Source: Minisyncoccota bacterium
GTDB lineage: Bacteria; Patescibacteriota; Minisyncoccia; Phycocordibacterales; JAQTLZ01
DNA: 64,000 nucleotides
NCBI GenBank assembly: GCA_028714635.1
Contig: JAQTLZ010000002.1
Span: forward strand, 121,841 to 185,840
Direction: 5' to 3'
Part shown: piece after piece, positions 9,015 to 17,709 of the stretch
How positions within the stretch are numbered: position 1 is the first letter of the stretch
Layout: each line of letters begins with the position of its first letter
Notes under the pieces: generated by a model
What the model was told of the DNA's origin: nothing
What the model saw: the letters and a program-made list of their open reading frames with translations, nothing else
The model's database searches: none
Position numbers and translations under genes: made by a program

Positions 9015-9632
9015 ATGCCGGAGAAGAAAAAGAAAAAATCGAAACATATCCACGTCAAAGATGTCTATTTTGCGGATATGGGCGGGAAGATGAAAAAGGG
9101 ATTTGGACGCTCTCTCGTTAGGAAAATTTTTCATCGGCCTGTTTTTAAGCGCGAAATTCATCACAAGACTTTCTCGGCAGATTTTAGCGCTACAAAACTT
9201 CGTTGGTACTCCAATCTTTTGAATATGTTCTACTTGAAGCTCGATGGTACCGCTTCCTGTTTTTTTACCGATGAAGGAACGCTCGTGATTATTTTCATGG
9301 TTTGGGGAGATCCCGATGCGGAAGAATTTTTCGAAATGCCGGAGATGAAAGGTGAATTTGTGGAGGATAGGGAAGCGACCCAGAAGAAAAAGAAAAAGAG
9401 TTTGAAGGTGGATAAGGATTCAGTGAAGGAGGAAGTGAAAGATGACGGGTATCACCTTCAATATGAAGAGACGTATAAAGATCACGGAAAAGAAGTGAGA
9501 ATGTTTGAGCATGTGATTTATTCCGGAATTGATAAGCTGGTTTTCCGGGCGATTGTCCCACCGAAAGTTTTGCCGGAGACTCTTGATGATATTTTGGCGA
9601 TTGCAAAGTCGCTTAGAATAAAGGTAACTTAA
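9015..9632 (+). CDS. Hypothetical Lys-rich protein
   Basis: 205-aa ORF with no recognisable motif. Alternative start at 8997. Followed by a strong terminator. Confidence 0.55.
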   Translation: MPEKKKKKSKHIHVKDVYFADMGGKMKKGFGRSLVRKIFHRPVFKREIHHKTFSADFSATKLRWYSNLLNMFYLKLDGTASCFFTDEGTLVIIFMVWGDPDAEEFFEMPEMKGEFVEDREATQKKKKKSLKVDKDSVKEEVKDDGYHLQYEETYKDHGKEVRMFEHVIYSGIDKLVFRAIVPPKVLPETLDDILAIAKSLRIKVT

Positions 9633-9646
9633 TAAAAGACAGAGAA

Positions 9647-9689
9647 GCCCTGCCCGACGAAGTCGGGCAGGGCTGTTGCGTTTTTTTTT
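9647..9689 (+). terminator. Intrinsic terminator
   Basis: GCCCTGCCCGAC-GAA-GTCGGGCAGGGC 12-bp stem followed by T9. Confidence 0.85.
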
Positions 9690-9770
9690 CGTAACGAGTA
9701 GGGTAAAGAGCGGAAGGTAACGGCGAAAACCTTTAATTTCGCTACTGTTTTTTGTGGGAGGGCTAGTAAT

Positions 9771-10526
9771 ATGTCGCCTGTGAATAGTGATAGGGCATAC
9801 GTGCCAATTTACTTGGCACTGGACAAGAAGGACTGGGAGCAAGCATCTCCGCTCCTTCGCACGCTCGGCAATCGCATTGATGGAGTCAAGATCCATCGCA
9901 TCTGGGATGAGCTTGGCGCGAAATCTGTTTCGATGATTCGCGACCTTGGTGTCCCTGATGCCTGGGTTGATCTCAAGCTTTTTGATACGCCGGACACCGC
10001 GGCCGAACGCGCCGAACAGGTCAAGAAAGCTGGCGCCAAAATTTTGACCGTACACGCCAAGGGCGAAGTCGAAATGATGATGGCTGCGGTCAAGAACGGT
10101 CCGGAACTGGTTCTCGCCATCACGGAACTTACTTCGCTTACGGCGGAGCAGGTGGAAGTGGGCGGTGGCCTCACGCCTAAATCGGCCGTGCTTCATTGGG
10201 CGCGTGTTGCCAAGCTGGGGACTGTTGGTGGAGTCGTTACTTCCGCACTGGAAGTGGGCATGCTCTCGAAACGACCGGAACTCAAGGGTTTCGTTCTGGC
10301 TGTCCCGGGCACGCGCTCTGCGGGCGTGGACGTCAACGACCAGAAGCGTTCGGATACGCCTTACAACGCGGTGCTTGCGGGCGCAGGACTTATCGTCGCT
10401 GGTCGGCAGGTGACTGCCGCGGAAGACCCCGTTACCGCTATCGAAGCGCTTCGGGAAGAAGTCAACAAGGCGAGTGATGAGCGGCTTCGTCTCTTGCAGG
10501 AGATGGGAAAGAAGAAAGTCGCGTAA
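9771..10526 (+). CDS. pyrF: Orotidine 5'-phosphate decarboxylase
   Basis: IYLALD motif; DLKLFDTPDT matches the OMPDC DLKxHDIPNT signature; ILTVHAKGEVEMM matches VNVHASGGARMM. GGGAGGG RBS. GC-rich (~58%). Confidence 0.8.
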   Translation: MSPVNSDRAYVPIYLALDKKDWEQASPLLRTLGNRIDGVKIHRIWDELGAKSVSMIRDLGVPDAWVDLKLFDTPDTAAERAEQVKKAGAKILTVHAKGEVEMMMAAVKNGPELVLAITELTSLTAEQVEVGGGLTPKSAVLHWARVAKLGTVGGVVTSALEVGMLSKRPELKGFVLAVPGTRSAGVDVNDQKRSDTPYNAVLAGAGLIVAGRQVTAAEDPVTAIEALREEVNKASDERLRLLQEMGKKKVA

Positions 10527-10555
10527 CAACCCGGCTCACCCCGCCCATCGGCATT

Positions 10556-11431
10556 GTGCCGACGGGCGGGAAAGCCGAAGACAGAAGACAAAGAAAGGAG
10601 AGTACCTTGCATAAGGACCAAATAAGTCAGACGGCGACGTCTCTGATCCATTTCGATCGAGACACGCCTGTGCTGGAAATCCTCCGTCTCTGTGGTGGAG
10701 TCTACCTCTGCCCTAAGGATGCGGCGGGGAAACGTGTCGGCCCGCTCGTTGGGTACGCTGGAAAAAGCCCGCGCCTGAAGACTAATCTCGTGGGGGATAT
10801 CTACGCGAATTTCTCCACGGCCGAGCGCTACTGGCACGTCATGGCTGAGTTCGCGCGGCGTCTCGTCGAGAACCCGAGATTCCAGGAGATTCTTCCGAGA
10901 CTGGACGGTCTCTGTGGGATGCCCATGGGCGGGATTACATATTCGTCGCACCTTGCGCGAGCATGTGATCGTACGGGGATCTTTCTGGAAAAGCTGGTCA
11001 CCGCGGTGGCGAACCCGATCGAGGGGACGAAGGAAGAGTCCATTCTGGTGGCCGGTCGCTGCGAGATTATCCTTGGAGCCAACTACGCGATCGTCGAGGA
11101 CGTTACCAATAACTTTTCCACCACGCTGAAAGCGATCGGTCTGATCGAAAAAGCTGGCGGAAAGGTCATTGCCATCTGCAGTATCCTGAACCGTTCACCG
11201 AAGCATACGTCTGACTTTCCGCTTCCGGACGGTCGGGAAATTCCGGTCATCTCGGCTTACCAAGAGCCGTTCCCGGAATTTGAGACGGATGACGAGGCCG
11301 TTGCGGCGGACATTGCCGCTGGAAACGTGATCTGGAAGCCAAAGGAAAATTGGCCCAAGCTCATGACCGCGATGGATGCTGCGCGTGAGACGGCGCTAGC
11401 GAATCAGTCGGACAAGCCGTCCGGTTCGTAA
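10556..11431 (+). CDS. Phosphoribosyltransferase-like protein with degenerate PRPP motif (possible divergent OPRT)
   Basis: Type I PRTase pattern: ...GGITYSS... then YAIVEDVTNNFSTT in place of VLIVDDVxTTGGT. GC-rich. True start uncertain (10556 to ~10604). Confidence 0.6.
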   Translation: MPTGGKAEDRRQRKESTLHKDQISQTATSLIHFDRDTPVLEILRLCGGVYLCPKDAAGKRVGPLVGYAGKSPRLKTNLVGDIYANFSTAERYWHVMAEFARRLVENPRFQEILPRLDGLCGMPMGGITYSSHLARACDRTGIFLEKLVTAVANPIEGTKEESILVAGRCEIILGANYAIVEDVTNNFSTTLKAIGLIEKAGGKVIAICSILNRSPKHTSDFPLPDGREIPVISAYQEPFPEFETDDEAVAADIAAGNVIWKPKENWPKLMTAMDAARETALANQSDKPSGS

Positions 11432-11459
11432 GTTGTATTCGAATCAATTGTTTCTTAGT

Positions 11460-11494
11460 GCAGAGTCGCTCGCCCGGACTCTGCGCTTTTTTAT
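11460..11494 (+). terminator. Intrinsic terminator
   Basis: GCAGAGTC-GCTCGCCCG-GACTCTGC hairpin followed by GCTTTTTTATTT. Confidence 0.7.
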
Positions 11495-11522
11495 TTGTCT
11501 GAATTTTGTTACAGTTGCCAGC

Positions 11523-12434
11523 ATGAAATCAGAACTCATGAGTTTCCACACGAAAGACAAGCTTGAATTGCCGGGGCTTTTATATGAACCAGCACGAAAG
11601 AGTAATAAAGTAGCCATATTTCTTCATGGAAACGGCAATGGATCTGTTTTTAATAATCCTGTTTTGCAAAATACTATTGGTGACGCGCTGACGAAAAAGG
11701 GTATTGCTTATTTCCCATTCAACAATCGCGGGTCTGGGTATATCAGGAGTTTCAAAAAAATGGTGGACGGAAAGAAAGTCCGCCGGAATCTTGGCATGGC
11801 ATTTGAGCTTATTAAGGATTGTGTGATTGATATAGATGCCGCGCTTGCGGCCCTGCGCAAGCGCGGCTACTCCGAATTCTACTTACTCGGTGTTTCGACG
11901 GGAGCGAACAAAATCTGCGTCTACAACTACTACAAACCGAAAAATATTTTCTCAAAATTTATTTTACTCGCTCCAGGCGACGATGTCGGCGGGTATCTCG
12001 ATATGTGGGGTCCGCAGAAATTCGGCGCAATGCTTAAGATGTCGAAAGATAAGATCAAAGCAGGGAAGGGCGACGAGCTTGTTCCGCAAAATCTTTCCAG
12101 CTACAACTTTATTTCATTTAAATCTCTGTATGACATGATCAATCCCGATGGGAACTACAATGTTTTTCCGTATTTTGAAGTTTTGCATAATCTCGACCTA
12201 ACGAAAAAGAAAAAAATTTGGCGAGAATACCGGAGTCTCAAAAAACCAACCCTTGTTCTTATGCCAGGAAGGGACGAGTATTGTTATGGAAAGATAAAAG
12301 AAGTAGTGAAAATGCTCAAAGGAAATGGCAGCGCCACGAATTTCAATTTCAAAATTCTTCCCGGCTCATTGCACGGATTCTGGAAAAAAGAAAAAGAATT
12401 GGCAAAAATTCTCGCAGATTGGATTTTTGGGTAA
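11523..12434 (+). CDS. Alpha/beta-fold hydrolase
   Basis: GVSTG nucleophile elbow (GxSxG), HGNGNG oxyanion-region motif. ATG 11523 (MKSELMSF) chosen because the upstream listed ATG 11433 lies before the 11460-11494 terminator. Confidence 0.8.
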   Translation: MKSELMSFHTKDKLELPGLLYEPARKSNKVAIFLHGNGNGSVFNNPVLQNTIGDALTKKGIAYFPFNNRGSGYIRSFKKMVDGKKVRRNLGMAFELIKDCVIDIDAALAALRKRGYSEFYLLGVSTGANKICVYNYYKPKNIFSKFILLAPGDDVGGYLDMWGPQKFGAMLKMSKDKIKAGKGDELVPQNLSSYNFISFKSLYDMINPDGNYNVFPYFEVLHNLDLTKKKKIWREYRSLKKPTLVLMPGRDEYCYGKIKEVVKMLKGNGSATNFNFKILPGSLHGFWKKEKELAKILADWIFG

Positions 12435-12441
12435 AAATAAA

Positions 12442-12481
12442 GCGCGCATAAACATCTGGGAACGTAAGGTGCGCGCTTTTT
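12442..12481 (+). terminator. Putative terminator (long loop)
   Basis: AGCGCGCA ... TGCGCGCT 8-bp stem, 19-nt loop, then TTTTT. Confidence 0.4.
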
Positions 12482-12613
12482 CGGAGTTGTGGCCGCGGGG
12501 GCCTCTCGTCCGGTCATAATACGACTGCAAGCTGATCGAGTGGGACTCGATGGGTCTTGCATTTCTATAAAGTACGAAGTCGCGGCGCTCGTAGCTGGGC
12601 TGCTGTGGGTCAT

Positions 12614-13174
12614 TCAGGCCAGAACGACTTGACCGCGGCGGGCCGTCTCGATTGAGATCGGCTCGCACCTTTGCGTCGGCGCGTCTTCAGGCAACCTCGC
12701 ACAGGTGTCTTCCGGGGGCATCGGGATCGTCTCCACCTTGTAATTCTGGTGGAAGACCACCGATTTAGGCTGAATGATCGTGTCGTCGTCGATGGTGATT
12801 GTCGTCTTCGTGGCCGTGACCGACAACTTCGCATTTACGATCGAGATGAGGACCCAATGGAACTCTGCACCCTGTGGCATGAGAGCGATCCCTCGCTTCA
12901 TGATGGCGTCCAGTTCGGCGTGGAAGCTGGACTTTGCCACGATGAAGACCGGTGGCAACTCCTTCGGCTGAACGGCATTGGACGGCTGATGCGGGTTCCA
13001 GTGTGCGATTTCAACCTGGCACATCCTCGCTTCAGCGGGGACCGTTTCTCCGGCTGCGACCCGAATAGGATCCAGGGTGATGCTTCCCCCTGCACCGACG
13101 CCGATGTGGCGCTCTCCGAGCTTCTTTTGCAGCACTACTGCTTGCTGCGATACGGCTAACGATCGTTCCCGCAT
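12614..13174 (-). CDS. Hypothetical protein in a GC-rich island
   Basis: Minus-strand ORF more protein-like than the Arg-rich + frame. ATG (MRERSLAV) preceded by GAAAGG; the ORF track extends to a TTG at 13201. No family recognised. Confidence 0.4.
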   Translation of the reverse strand: MRERSLAVSQQAVVLQKKLGERHIGVGAGGSITLDPIRVAAGETVPAEARMCQVEIAHWNPHQPSNAVQPKELPPVFIVAKSSFHAELDAIMKRGIALMPQGAEFHWVLISIVNAKLSVTATKTTITIDDDTIIQPKSVVFHQNYKVETIPMPPEDTCARLPEDAPTQRCEPISIETARRGQVVLA

Positions 13175-13301
13175 AACTGCCTGCCTTTCTCCCCATGTCA
13201 AGCATGAGGTACTGTAATCTCCCCGTATCGACGGGGCAAACTTCTCTCATAATTCTATCTTTTTATCTCGCCTCACGCTATAGTAGGGGAAATAAATTTT
13301 T

Positions 13302-13889
13302 ATGCACACGCTTCTTGTTTTTGTTCTCCAGTGGAGTTACCTCGGTATTTTTGTCGTTGTCTTTGCCGAATCAGGATTTCTTCTGGGATTTTTTCTTCCT
13401 GGTGACTCACTTCTTTTTACCGCAGGACTTCTCGCTTCGCAGGGAATTTTTAATATTTGGATTCTCGTTCCTCTGATTGTCATCGGCGCAATTCTCGGAG
13501 ACAGTTTCGGTTATTACATGGGCAACAAATTAGGCCCGAAAATTTTCGTGCGGAAAGATTCATTTTTTTTCAAACAAGAGAATGTTGAAAAGACAAATCA
13601 TTTTTATGAAAAATATGGAGTGAAGACGATCATTCTCGCGCGATTCGTGCCGATTGTTCGCACTTTCGCTCCCATCTTTGCTGGTGTGGGTGGAATGAAA
13701 TACGCGACATTTCTTTCTTATAACGTGATTGGAGGATTTCTTTGGGGTGCTGGAGTGACTCTTGCCGGCTTTTTTCTCGGGCGAGCCTTCCCAGGAATTG
13801 AGCACTATCTCACTTATATTATTATCGCGATTATCCTCCTCTCTTTTGTTCCAATTCTCTTAGAGTATTTCAAGAAGCGAACAGCTTGA
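13302..13889 (+). CDS. DedA/SNARE-associated (VTT domain) membrane protein
   Basis: LPGDSLLFTAG, ARFVPIVRTFAPIFAGVGGM motifs typical of the DedA family. Confidence 0.9.
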   Translation: MHTLLVFVLQWSYLGIFVVVFAESGFLLGFFLPGDSLLFTAGLLASQGIFNIWILVPLIVIGAILGDSFGYYMGNKLGPKIFVRKDSFFFKQENVEKTNHFYEKYGVKTIILARFVPIVRTFAPIFAGVGGMKYATFLSYNVIGGFLWGAGVTLAGFFLGRAFPGIEHYLTYIIIAIILLSFVPILLEYFKKRTA

Positions 13890-13894
13890 AAAGT

Positions 13895-13903
13895 TTTATA
13901 AAA
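13895..13903 (+). promoter_or_regulatory. Extended -10-like element TTGTATAAT
   Basis: TGnTATAAT-like sequence ~45 nt upstream of ATG 13951. Confidence 0.35.
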
Positions 13904-13950
13904 GTTGTATAATAATCTCTTCAAAGAGTCCTTTCAGGAGGGTTGAAGAC

Positions 13951-14166
13951 ATGCCAGTAGACAAAGCGAAGTTGGAAAGAGAGATTCTCGCGGCTCTCCT
14001 CTTCAATCGTTGCATGATGACTGAGGGAGCGCTTCGCCAGAAACTTGGCACCTCTATTCCGTTGCCCGACCTTCTTGAGGTCAAACAAGACCTCATCGAG
14101 CGCGGTCTCATTGAAGAAGATCTGGGTGGGAGAAGTCCTACACTCATCCTTCTCGATGGGAAATAG
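13951..14166 (+). CDS. Small hypothetical protein (71 aa), possible winged-helix fold
   Basis: GGAGGG RBS 7 nt upstream. Helical N-half, conserved-looking LPDLLEVKQDLIERGLIEE. Confidence 0.55.
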   Translation: MPVDKAKLEREILAALLFNRCMMTEGALRQKLGTSIPLPDLLEVKQDLIERGLIEEDLGGRSPTLILLDGK

Positions 14167-14205
14167 TTTCCTCGCCATTCCAGGAGCCTCACCGCTTCTG
14201 GATTT

Positions 14206-14937
14206 TTGTTTTTAGCGTTATACTGGTATAAATTTATGACCACTTTCGGCCTCATCCTTCTTTGTTTTTTTCTTTTTGTCGGCTACATTTCTATTTATCG
14301 AAGAAAAGATCTGTTTACTCCTACGCAGGATCGTATATTTTTCACGCATCTCGTTATCATCGTCTTATTTATTGCAGTGAGTATTGTGAATGCCTTTCAT
14401 CTCGTCGATTCGGTGAATGTGGGAGTCCACGATTTTCTGCAAACGTTTTGGAATTCGAGCTTTGATACGCCGATGATAATGGCTAGTTTCCTCGCCAGTC
14501 CTGAAACGCTTGCGATCCTTTCCTGCCTTCTCCTTATCGTCCTTCACTTTAGGCACGAGCGTACACTTTTCTTTTTCACTTTCATTTCGCTAGTAGGTGC
14601 CTTGGTTTCTAATCTCATTTTGAAAGATCTTTTCAAATTGGTTCGCCCTGCAGTTTCTCTCATTCCTGAAACTTTTTGGAGTTTTCCAAGCGGACATTCG
14701 ACGATGATCGTCGTGTTTCTTTCTTGTTTGTATTACTGCTGGACTCGGATGTATCCGAATGTGGGGAAATGGAAAAAGCAGGCCGCGCTCTTTGCCGTTT
14801 TTCTCCTTTCTCTCCTCGTTGGCTTCAGCAGGCTTTATCTCGGTGTTCATTGGCTCTCTGACGTCGTCGCCGGCTTTCTTCTCGGGCTTTTCTGGGTGAC
14901 TTTTGCATATTTGAGTCCTAGGCCAAAGTCTGTATAA
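14206..14937 (+). CDS. PAP2-family phosphatase (undecaprenyl-diphosphatase/phosphatidate phosphatase type)
   Basis: KLVRPAVS (KxxxxxxRP), PSGHS, SRLYLGVHWLSDV (SRxxxxxHxxxD) motifs. Start may be ATG 14236 instead. Confidence 0.85.
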   Translation: MFLALYWYKFMTTFGLILLCFFLFVGYISIYRRKDLFTPTQDRIFFTHLVIIVLFIAVSIVNAFHLVDSVNVGVHDFLQTFWNSSFDTPMIMASFLASPETLAILSCLLLIVLHFRHERTLFFFTFISLVGALVSNLILKDLFKLVRPAVSLIPETFWSFPSGHSTMIVVFLSCLYYCWTRMYPNVGKWKKQAALFAVFLLSLLVGFSRLYLGVHWLSDVVAGFLLGLFWVTFAYLSPRPKSV

Positions 14938-14946
14938 TCTGGCTCA

Positions 14947-15813
14947 ATGATCCTTCTCGACGGAAAAAAAGTAAGTAAAGACAGGGCTCTTGAGCTGAAA
15001 GCGCAAGTTTCGGCTTTTAGAGTTGCTCCAACACTTGCCATTCTTCAAGTGGGGGATGATGAACGTTCGAGCGCCTATATCCGCCAGAAGAAACTTTTTG
15101 GAGAGAAAATTGGGTGCAAAGTGTTGCATGTTACATTTGAAAGCACTGTCTCGCATTCTGACATTATTGAAAAGGTAAGGGAATTGAATGCTGATATATC
15201 TGTCCATGGAATTATTTTGCAGTTGCCAATTCCTACTAATCTCGATTCGCGCTCTATTATTGAGGCGATTGATCCGAAGAAAGATGTAGACGGACTCCAC
15301 TCTGAAAACGCGAAAAAACTTACGGATGGAGATGTAAGCGGATTTATTCCTGCAACAGCCAAAGGGGTGATATCACTTCTTGATGCGTATAAAATTCCAA
15401 TTGCGGGAAAGAAGGCAACGGTAGTGGGACGCTCGGCTCTCGTGGGTACTCCGACAGCACTTTGTCTTACAAATCGCGGCGCGAATGTGACAGTGGTACA
15501 TCGCGCAACTGTGAATATTCCCGCAAAAACAAAACAAGCTGACATCCTTGTGGTTGCGGCAGGACATGCAAAGCTTATCGACGCTCGTCACGTTTCGGCA
15601 GGTCAGAGCGTTATTGATGTAGGAATCAATTTGGTGACGGGAGAAAAACTTGAGGATGAAATTCCCAAGAAAAAGTTGGTGGGTGATGTGGATTTTGATG
15701 AGGTGAAAGATATCGTTGGGGCTATTTCTCCGGTACCGGGAGGAGTGGGGCCGATGACTGTTCTTTCTTTGTTTGAAAATCTTATCCTCGCCTACGAAAG
15801 GGCTATTAATTAG
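14947..15813 (+). CDS. folD: Bifunctional methylene-THF dehydrogenase/methenyl-THF cyclohydrolase
   Basis: Full-length FolD pattern: YIRQKKLFGEKIG, DVDGLH, VVGRSALVGTPTA, PVPGGVGPMTV. Confidence 0.95.
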   Translation: MILLDGKKVSKDRALELKAQVSAFRVAPTLAILQVGDDERSSAYIRQKKLFGEKIGCKVLHVTFESTVSHSDIIEKVRELNADISVHGIILQLPIPTNLDSRSIIEAIDPKKDVDGLHSENAKKLTDGDVSGFIPATAKGVISLLDAYKIPIAGKKATVVGRSALVGTPTALCLTNRGANVTVVHRATVNIPAKTKQADILVVAAGHAKLIDARHVSAGQSVIDVGINLVTGEKLEDEIPKKKLVGDVDFDEVKDIVGAISPVPGGVGPMTVLSLFENLILAYERAIN

Positions 15814-15817
15814 TCGT

Positions 15818-15826
15818 GGTATAATA
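15818..15826 (+). promoter_or_regulatory. Extended -10 promoter element TGGTATAAT
   Basis: Perfect TGnTATAAT 5 nt after the folD stop, ~90 nt upstream of ATG 15914. Confidence 0.45.
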
Positions 15827-15854
15827 GGAGAAAATATATTAGTAGTTAATTCAC

Positions 15855-15905
15855 CCTGTTAAATATCGCACTTCGCGCGATCCCGTAGACGGGATTTAAC
15901 AGGGT
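15855..15905 (+). promoter_or_regulatory. Structured leader element (three-way junction) upstream of the SIMPL gene
   Basis: Outer 11-bp helix CCCTGTTAAAT/ATTTAACAGGG enclosing two hairpins (ATCGC-ACTTCGC-GCGAT and TCCCG-TAGA-CGGGA). Followed by A7 then ATG 15914. Confidence 0.4.
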
Positions 15906-15913
15906 AAAAAAAT

Positions 15914-16726
15914 ATGGACGAAAATAAAATAGGAAGTGGAACGAGTGTAGATCACTCACGAGTAAAAAAAGCTCTCGCGCTTTTTCTGGTAATTGTTTCG
16001 ATATTCTTTGTTATAAAAACAGTCAATGAAGTAAAGAAGGGTGAGCTTATCGGAAGCGGTACAACAGCGACGAATCTCATTTCAGTTTCAGGAACGGGGG
16101 ATGTTTCGGCAGTTCCAGATATCGCAACTTTTTCTTTGACGGTTACGAACTCGAATAAATCCGTATCTGTCGCGCAAGGAGCAACCACAGAAAAAATGAA
16201 TTCGGTTCTCAAAGTTTTGAAGGATACCTATAAGATTGATGAGAAAGATATTAAAACGACGGGCTACGATATTCAGCCGAATTATGATTATGTCCAAAGC
16301 CTTTGTATTCAAGGAGATTGTACTTCAGGGCGGCAAATTCTTCGAGATTATTCAGTATCACAGAGCATAACGGTGAAGGTGCGTGATACTGCGAAGGCAG
16401 GAGATATTATTGCAGCTGTCGGACAACTCAATGTGAATTATCTAAGTGGCCTTACATTTAGCATCGATAACCAAGATGCGCTTAACGAACAGGCTCGAAA
16501 GAAAGCGATTGATCAGGCGAAAGCGAAAGCAGAAGTATTGGCGGGGGATTTGGGCGTGAAGCTTGTGCGAATCGTGAACTTTAGCGAGAACGGAAATTAT
16601 CCGATTGCATTTGATAGAGGAATGATGGCATCTGCGCCGATGATGGAGAAAGCAGTGGCACCCGACATTCCAAAAGGGGAGAACAAGATCACTTCAAACG
16701 TGACGATTACGTACGAGATACGCTAG
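15914..16726 (+). CDS. SIMPL-domain (DUF541/BP26-like) periplasmic protein
   Basis: N-terminal TM/signal anchor, then a SIMPL-type sequence (VSGTGDVSAVPDIATFSLTV...QSITVKVRD...GENKITSNVTITYEI). Confidence 0.85.
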   Translation: MDENKIGSGTSVDHSRVKKALALFLVIVSIFFVIKTVNEVKKGELIGSGTTATNLISVSGTGDVSAVPDIATFSLTVTNSNKSVSVAQGATTEKMNSVLKVLKDTYKIDEKDIKTTGYDIQPNYDYVQSLCIQGDCTSGRQILRDYSVSQSITVKVRDTAKAGDIIAAVGQLNVNYLSGLTFSIDNQDALNEQARKKAIDQAKAKAEVLAGDLGVKLVRIVNFSENGNYPIAFDRGMMASAPMMEKAVAPDIPKGENKITSNVTITYEIR

Positions 16727-16847
16727 AACTAAGGATATTTTTGATAAGAAAAACTGCCGGTTCTGGCAGTTTTTCTTTGTTGACTTCTTTTTTGAAAAGA
16801 GTACTATATATACGAACCCCGCGGGGTGTTTTTTAATCCAAAAAAAT

Positions 16848-17027
16848 ATGTCAAAACTCACTGAATATGTTAAAGACACACAAGCAGAATTGAAGCATGT
16901 AAGCTGGCCGACACGAAGCCAAGCTATTGCTTTTACTGTTGTTGTTATTCTCATTTCTATCGTCGTATCATTTTTCCTTGGACTTTTCGATTCACTTTTT
17001 CAGTATTTGCTTTCACAAATCGTTTAA
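16848..17027 (+). CDS. secE: Preprotein translocase subunit SecE (59 aa, below ORF-track cutoff)
   Basis: Translated by hand: MSKLTEYVKDTQAELKHVSWPTRSQAIAFTVVVILISIVVSFFLGLFDSLFQYLLSQIV. Sits in the canonical position immediately upstream of nusG. Confidence 0.85.
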   Translation: MSKLTEYVKDTQAELKHVSWPTRSQAIAFTVVVILISIVVSFFLGLFDSLFQYLLSQIV

Positions 17028-17042
17028 CTTTTCCTCATAACT

Positions 17043-17588
17043 ATGGCAAAACAAAAAATAGACGAAGGGCGAAATTGGTATGTCATCCACACCTATGCTG
17101 GATATGAAAATGCCGTTGCTCGAAACCTAAAACAGCGCATCGAATCTCTTGGAATGGAGAACAAGATTTTCAACGTGCTCGTTCCAACAGAAAAGAAGAT
17201 CAAAATTAAAGGAGGGAAGCGAGTAGAGGAGGAAGAGAAAATTTATCCCGGATACATTCTTGTGGATATGATCGTGACTGATGATTCTTGGTACGTAGTT
17301 CGAAACACTCCTCGTGTGACCGGCTTCGTCGGCTCTGGAGTATACCCAGTTCCAATCGATCAGAAAGAAGTAGACGCGCTCTTCAAGAGAATGCAATCCG
17401 ATACCGTAAAGCACACGATTGATCTTGCTCCAGAAGACCATGTGATGATCGTTGACGGCCCATTCAAGGATTTGGACGGCAAGGTAAACGAGGTTGATCA
17501 GGAAAGAGGCAAGGTGAAAGTGCTTGTTTCGATGTTCGGACGAGAGACGCCAGTAGAACTCGACTTCCTTCAGGTCAAAAAGGCTTAA
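17043..17588 (+). CDS. nusG: Transcription antitermination factor NusG
   Basis: NGN domain (WYVIHTYAGYENAV) and C-terminal KOW motif (VDGPFKDLDGKV). Confidence 0.95.
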   Translation: MAKQKIDEGRNWYVIHTYAGYENAVARNLKQRIESLGMENKIFNVLVPTEKKIKIKGGKRVEEEEKIYPGYILVDMIVTDDSWYVVRNTPRVTGFVGSGVYPVPIDQKEVDALFKRMQSDTVKHTIDLAPEDHVMIVDGPFKDLDGKVNEVDQERGKVKVLVSMFGRETPVELDFLQVKKA

Positions 17589-17617
17589 AAAAGTTTAGCT
17601 GAAGCAAACTTTTTTAA

Positions 17618-17659
17618 CGTCGGGCTTTTTTCCTGAAATAATGAAAAAAGCCCGACGTA
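17618..17659 (+). terminator. 15-bp perfect hairpin (bidirectional terminator/attenuator) between nusG and rplK
   Basis: ACGTCGGGCTTTTTT-(12 nt)-AAAAAAGCCCGACGT. Preceded by a second A/T hairpin at 17587-17615. Confidence 0.6.
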
Positions 17660-17709
17660 AACTAGTTCAGTTGCAAATAAGAAGAAATTAAGATAACCTA
17701 CACACACTT

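Noticed and set aside
9420-10529. Long minus-strand ORF (369 aa) across the pyrF region
   Set aside because: It is antisense to a well-supported pyrF gene in a GC-rich segment, where long spurious ORFs are expected. Its translation is Arg/Ser-rich and low-complexity, and it runs through a strong terminator.
10361-10951. 196-aa minus-strand ORF spanning the pyrF/PRTase junction
   Set aside because: It crosses an intergenic region and two plus-strand genes, so it is a GC-rich antisense artefact.
12671-13159. 162-aa plus-strand ORF in the 12.5-13.2 kb GC-rich segment
   Set aside because: It has Arg-rich repetitive composition (RLRGRDRQLR...). The minus-strand frame is more protein-like. Neither could be confirmed.
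16694-16954. 86-aa minus-strand ORF
   Set aside because: It is antisense to the hand-identified secE gene and the SIMPL gene 3' end.
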